A stretch of 63,162 bases of DNA, counting the filler, from Stramenopiles sp. TOSAG23-6 (Eukaryota): NCBI GenBank assembly GCA_900128565.1. It is 40 parts of 40 records of this genome, joined end to end, with 100 filler letters (N's around TTAATTAATTAA, not from the genome) between each part and the next. Parts side by side here need not be neighbours in the genome. Positions count along the whole stretch, not along the records: positions 61,692 to 63,162 come from LT639013.1; 39 more parts are not named here. The stretch is one strand, 5' to 3'. Shown here piece by piece: positions 61,692-63,162 of this stretch (the stretch's first letter is position 1; each line of letters opens with the position of its first letter). The position numbers and the translations under genes are program-made. The notes under the pieces were generated by a model. The model was given only the letters and a program-made list of their open reading frames with translations, had not been told where the DNA came from and searched no databases.

Positions 61692-63073
61692 ATAACCACT
61701 TGCTATGTATTGTGAAAAAATATATTTTTTTAGAATTGTGAAAAAATATAATCTTTTAATAAAAAAAAAATTCTACATAAATAAATCAATTTTGAAAACA
61801 TGTAAAACTGAAACGTCCAAAATGTACTATGAAAAAAAAAAACGAGAAAAAAAATAATAATTAGGTACAAAATTATCTATGAAAAAAAACATACATGTAA
61901 AAGCCAAGAGTCAACTTCATCTTTACTTTTATCTCCTAACATTTCACGGGCATATATGTATGTTTGGAAAATATTTCAAAAAACATTTGTTAGGTACAAG
62001 ATATTTTGAGAAAAAAAAATAAATTCGAAATTGAAAAAAATTTTTACCAAAAAAAAAAAAAAATTCGAAATTGAAAAAGAATAAAACATACAAGACACAC
62101 AAATTCTCACGACATCATTAGAATCTATACTTGTTGGTAATGGTTCTTCAACAGCAGCACAATGGTAAAATTTTGCTAGGGACATCATTGANCTGTAATT
62201 TTCTTTGGATTCTTCATCANTNGCTGATTTGCATTTTTCTCGGAGAGTATCAATTGTTTTTTTCCCAGAAGAATCATTTTTTAGAATACCACCATCATAA
62301 CCATTTTTTAATGCACTCATAAAAGTTGTTTCAAGAATTTCATCCATCGATTTTGCCGACATCAAACCTCCTAGTAAGCCTGGACTAGTTGCTCCTGGTT
62401 TTTGTTGGGTCATCAAGTTAGGGTTAGGGTTAGGGTTAGGACTTTTTGTGATGGATGTCTTGTCTCCAAGATCTACAATACCCTGAGACGTTCTTATACT
62501 GTTTCCTCTAGGAAGACTCCTATATGATTTGGATGAAGAAGTAAGATTTTTTTCCATACTTTTCGGGGAAAAACTCAGAGGAGAANTCNAATTGGTTTTC
62601 TTTTTTNTTGGTGAAATTCTTCTGCGCCTGGCCGCGGAATTCGCNGCNGCAGTTACAGCTAATGATGAACTACTCCCATTATTTGATAATACTTTTGGTT
62701 CCATTGACTTTGGGTTTGAGGCTCTTCGTAACGCATCTTGGAAGCCTTTAATAGCGGCAGCATCGCTAGAACGTCGATTTCGGCTATCTCTTTTTCTAGG
62801 AAGAGCCGGAGCTGGTGAAGACTTTGCACGAGCCATTTCTAAAGTTTGCATGGGAGGTGGAGGTTCATCAGGCGGAGCAAATGAAGGAGGCGCAAAACTT
62901 GGAGGTGAAAATTTCGGATTTGGATGAGACGGCGGCTTTGGTATATACTGTTTAGGTGACGCCGCTTTTCGATTATTGGCACCAAATGCAGCAGAAACGT
63001 CAAAGAGAACATCATCATCATCACTACTATCATTACTATCACTAGAAAGGAAAGTAGATATCATCATTCTCAC
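61692..63073 (-). CDS. Pro/Ser-rich hypothetical protein (introns 61954-62091, 61705-61894)
   Basis: Long ORF, then spliced CVSYAREMLG...WLLH|SKWL. Confidence 0.6.
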
Positions 63074-63162
63074 AGTACCGTAGAACTATAAAACGTCTAC
63101 TCAATGACGTATTCAGTTGATATTACGTAGATTCAATTCTTTATTCGAGTAAAAATTGAATA

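Larger units (their letters stand above)
1..62091. mobile_element. Dispersed family of ~60 complete or partial introner-like introns (GTAYGT donor, TACCTAAC branch point, ...ATAC-NN non-AG end)
   Basis: Shared sequence in unrelated genes, in the sense orientation of the host. Complete + strand copies: 188-279, 22011-22105, 33807-33899, 34885-34975, 35821-35912, 41877-41954, 46059-46154, 47663-47756, 47919-48060, 48161-48305, 49273-49371, 49738-49852, 49941-50064, 55993-56124, 60123-60214, 60614-60710, 60861-60953. Complete - strand copies: 2033-2129, 4228-4325, 8717-8859, 19276-19378, 27410-27559, 28084-28185, 30262-30355, 30722-30824, 32891-33023, 61705-61894, 61954-62091. Many more are truncated at scaffold ends. 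Confidence 0.92.

Overview
This window is a concatenation of 40 short (~1.47-1.49 kb, size-sorted) scaffolds from an AT-rich, flagellated microbial eukaryote (IFT56, OFD1-like and MORN genes; TTAGGG-type repeats). The scaffolds are joined by an artificial N-TTAATTAATTAA-N linker, so adjacency across linkers has no biological meaning. Most scaffolds carry fragments of housekeeping genes (acetyl-CoA synthetase, two pyruvate kinases, PIG-B, PIG-T, RPS16, V-ATPase c'', CLASP, katanin p80 and others). The main signal is an apparent non-canonical splicing system. About 60 complete or partial copies of one ~90-150 nt intron family interrupt the genes, always in sense orientation. Their consensus is AT|GTAYGTTTT...TTCRTACGAAATTTTGTACCTAAC...AAATATTTTTCCAAAATAC-NN|. 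Restoring conserved proteins requires them to end in AT (sometimes AC, TT, GT or AA) rather than AG, and the last 2 nt often duplicate the upstream exon end, as expected for an introner-type element. One scaffold (15882-16660) carries a tightly packed U5-U2-U1-U4 snRNA cluster plus an unidentified fifth RNA. The U1 5' arm reads AAACGUACAUGG instead of AUACUUACCUGG, and all three substitutions are complementary to the intron family's donor site. A few ordinary GT-AG introns coexist. Splicing is inferred from reading frames only; no transcript data are available.
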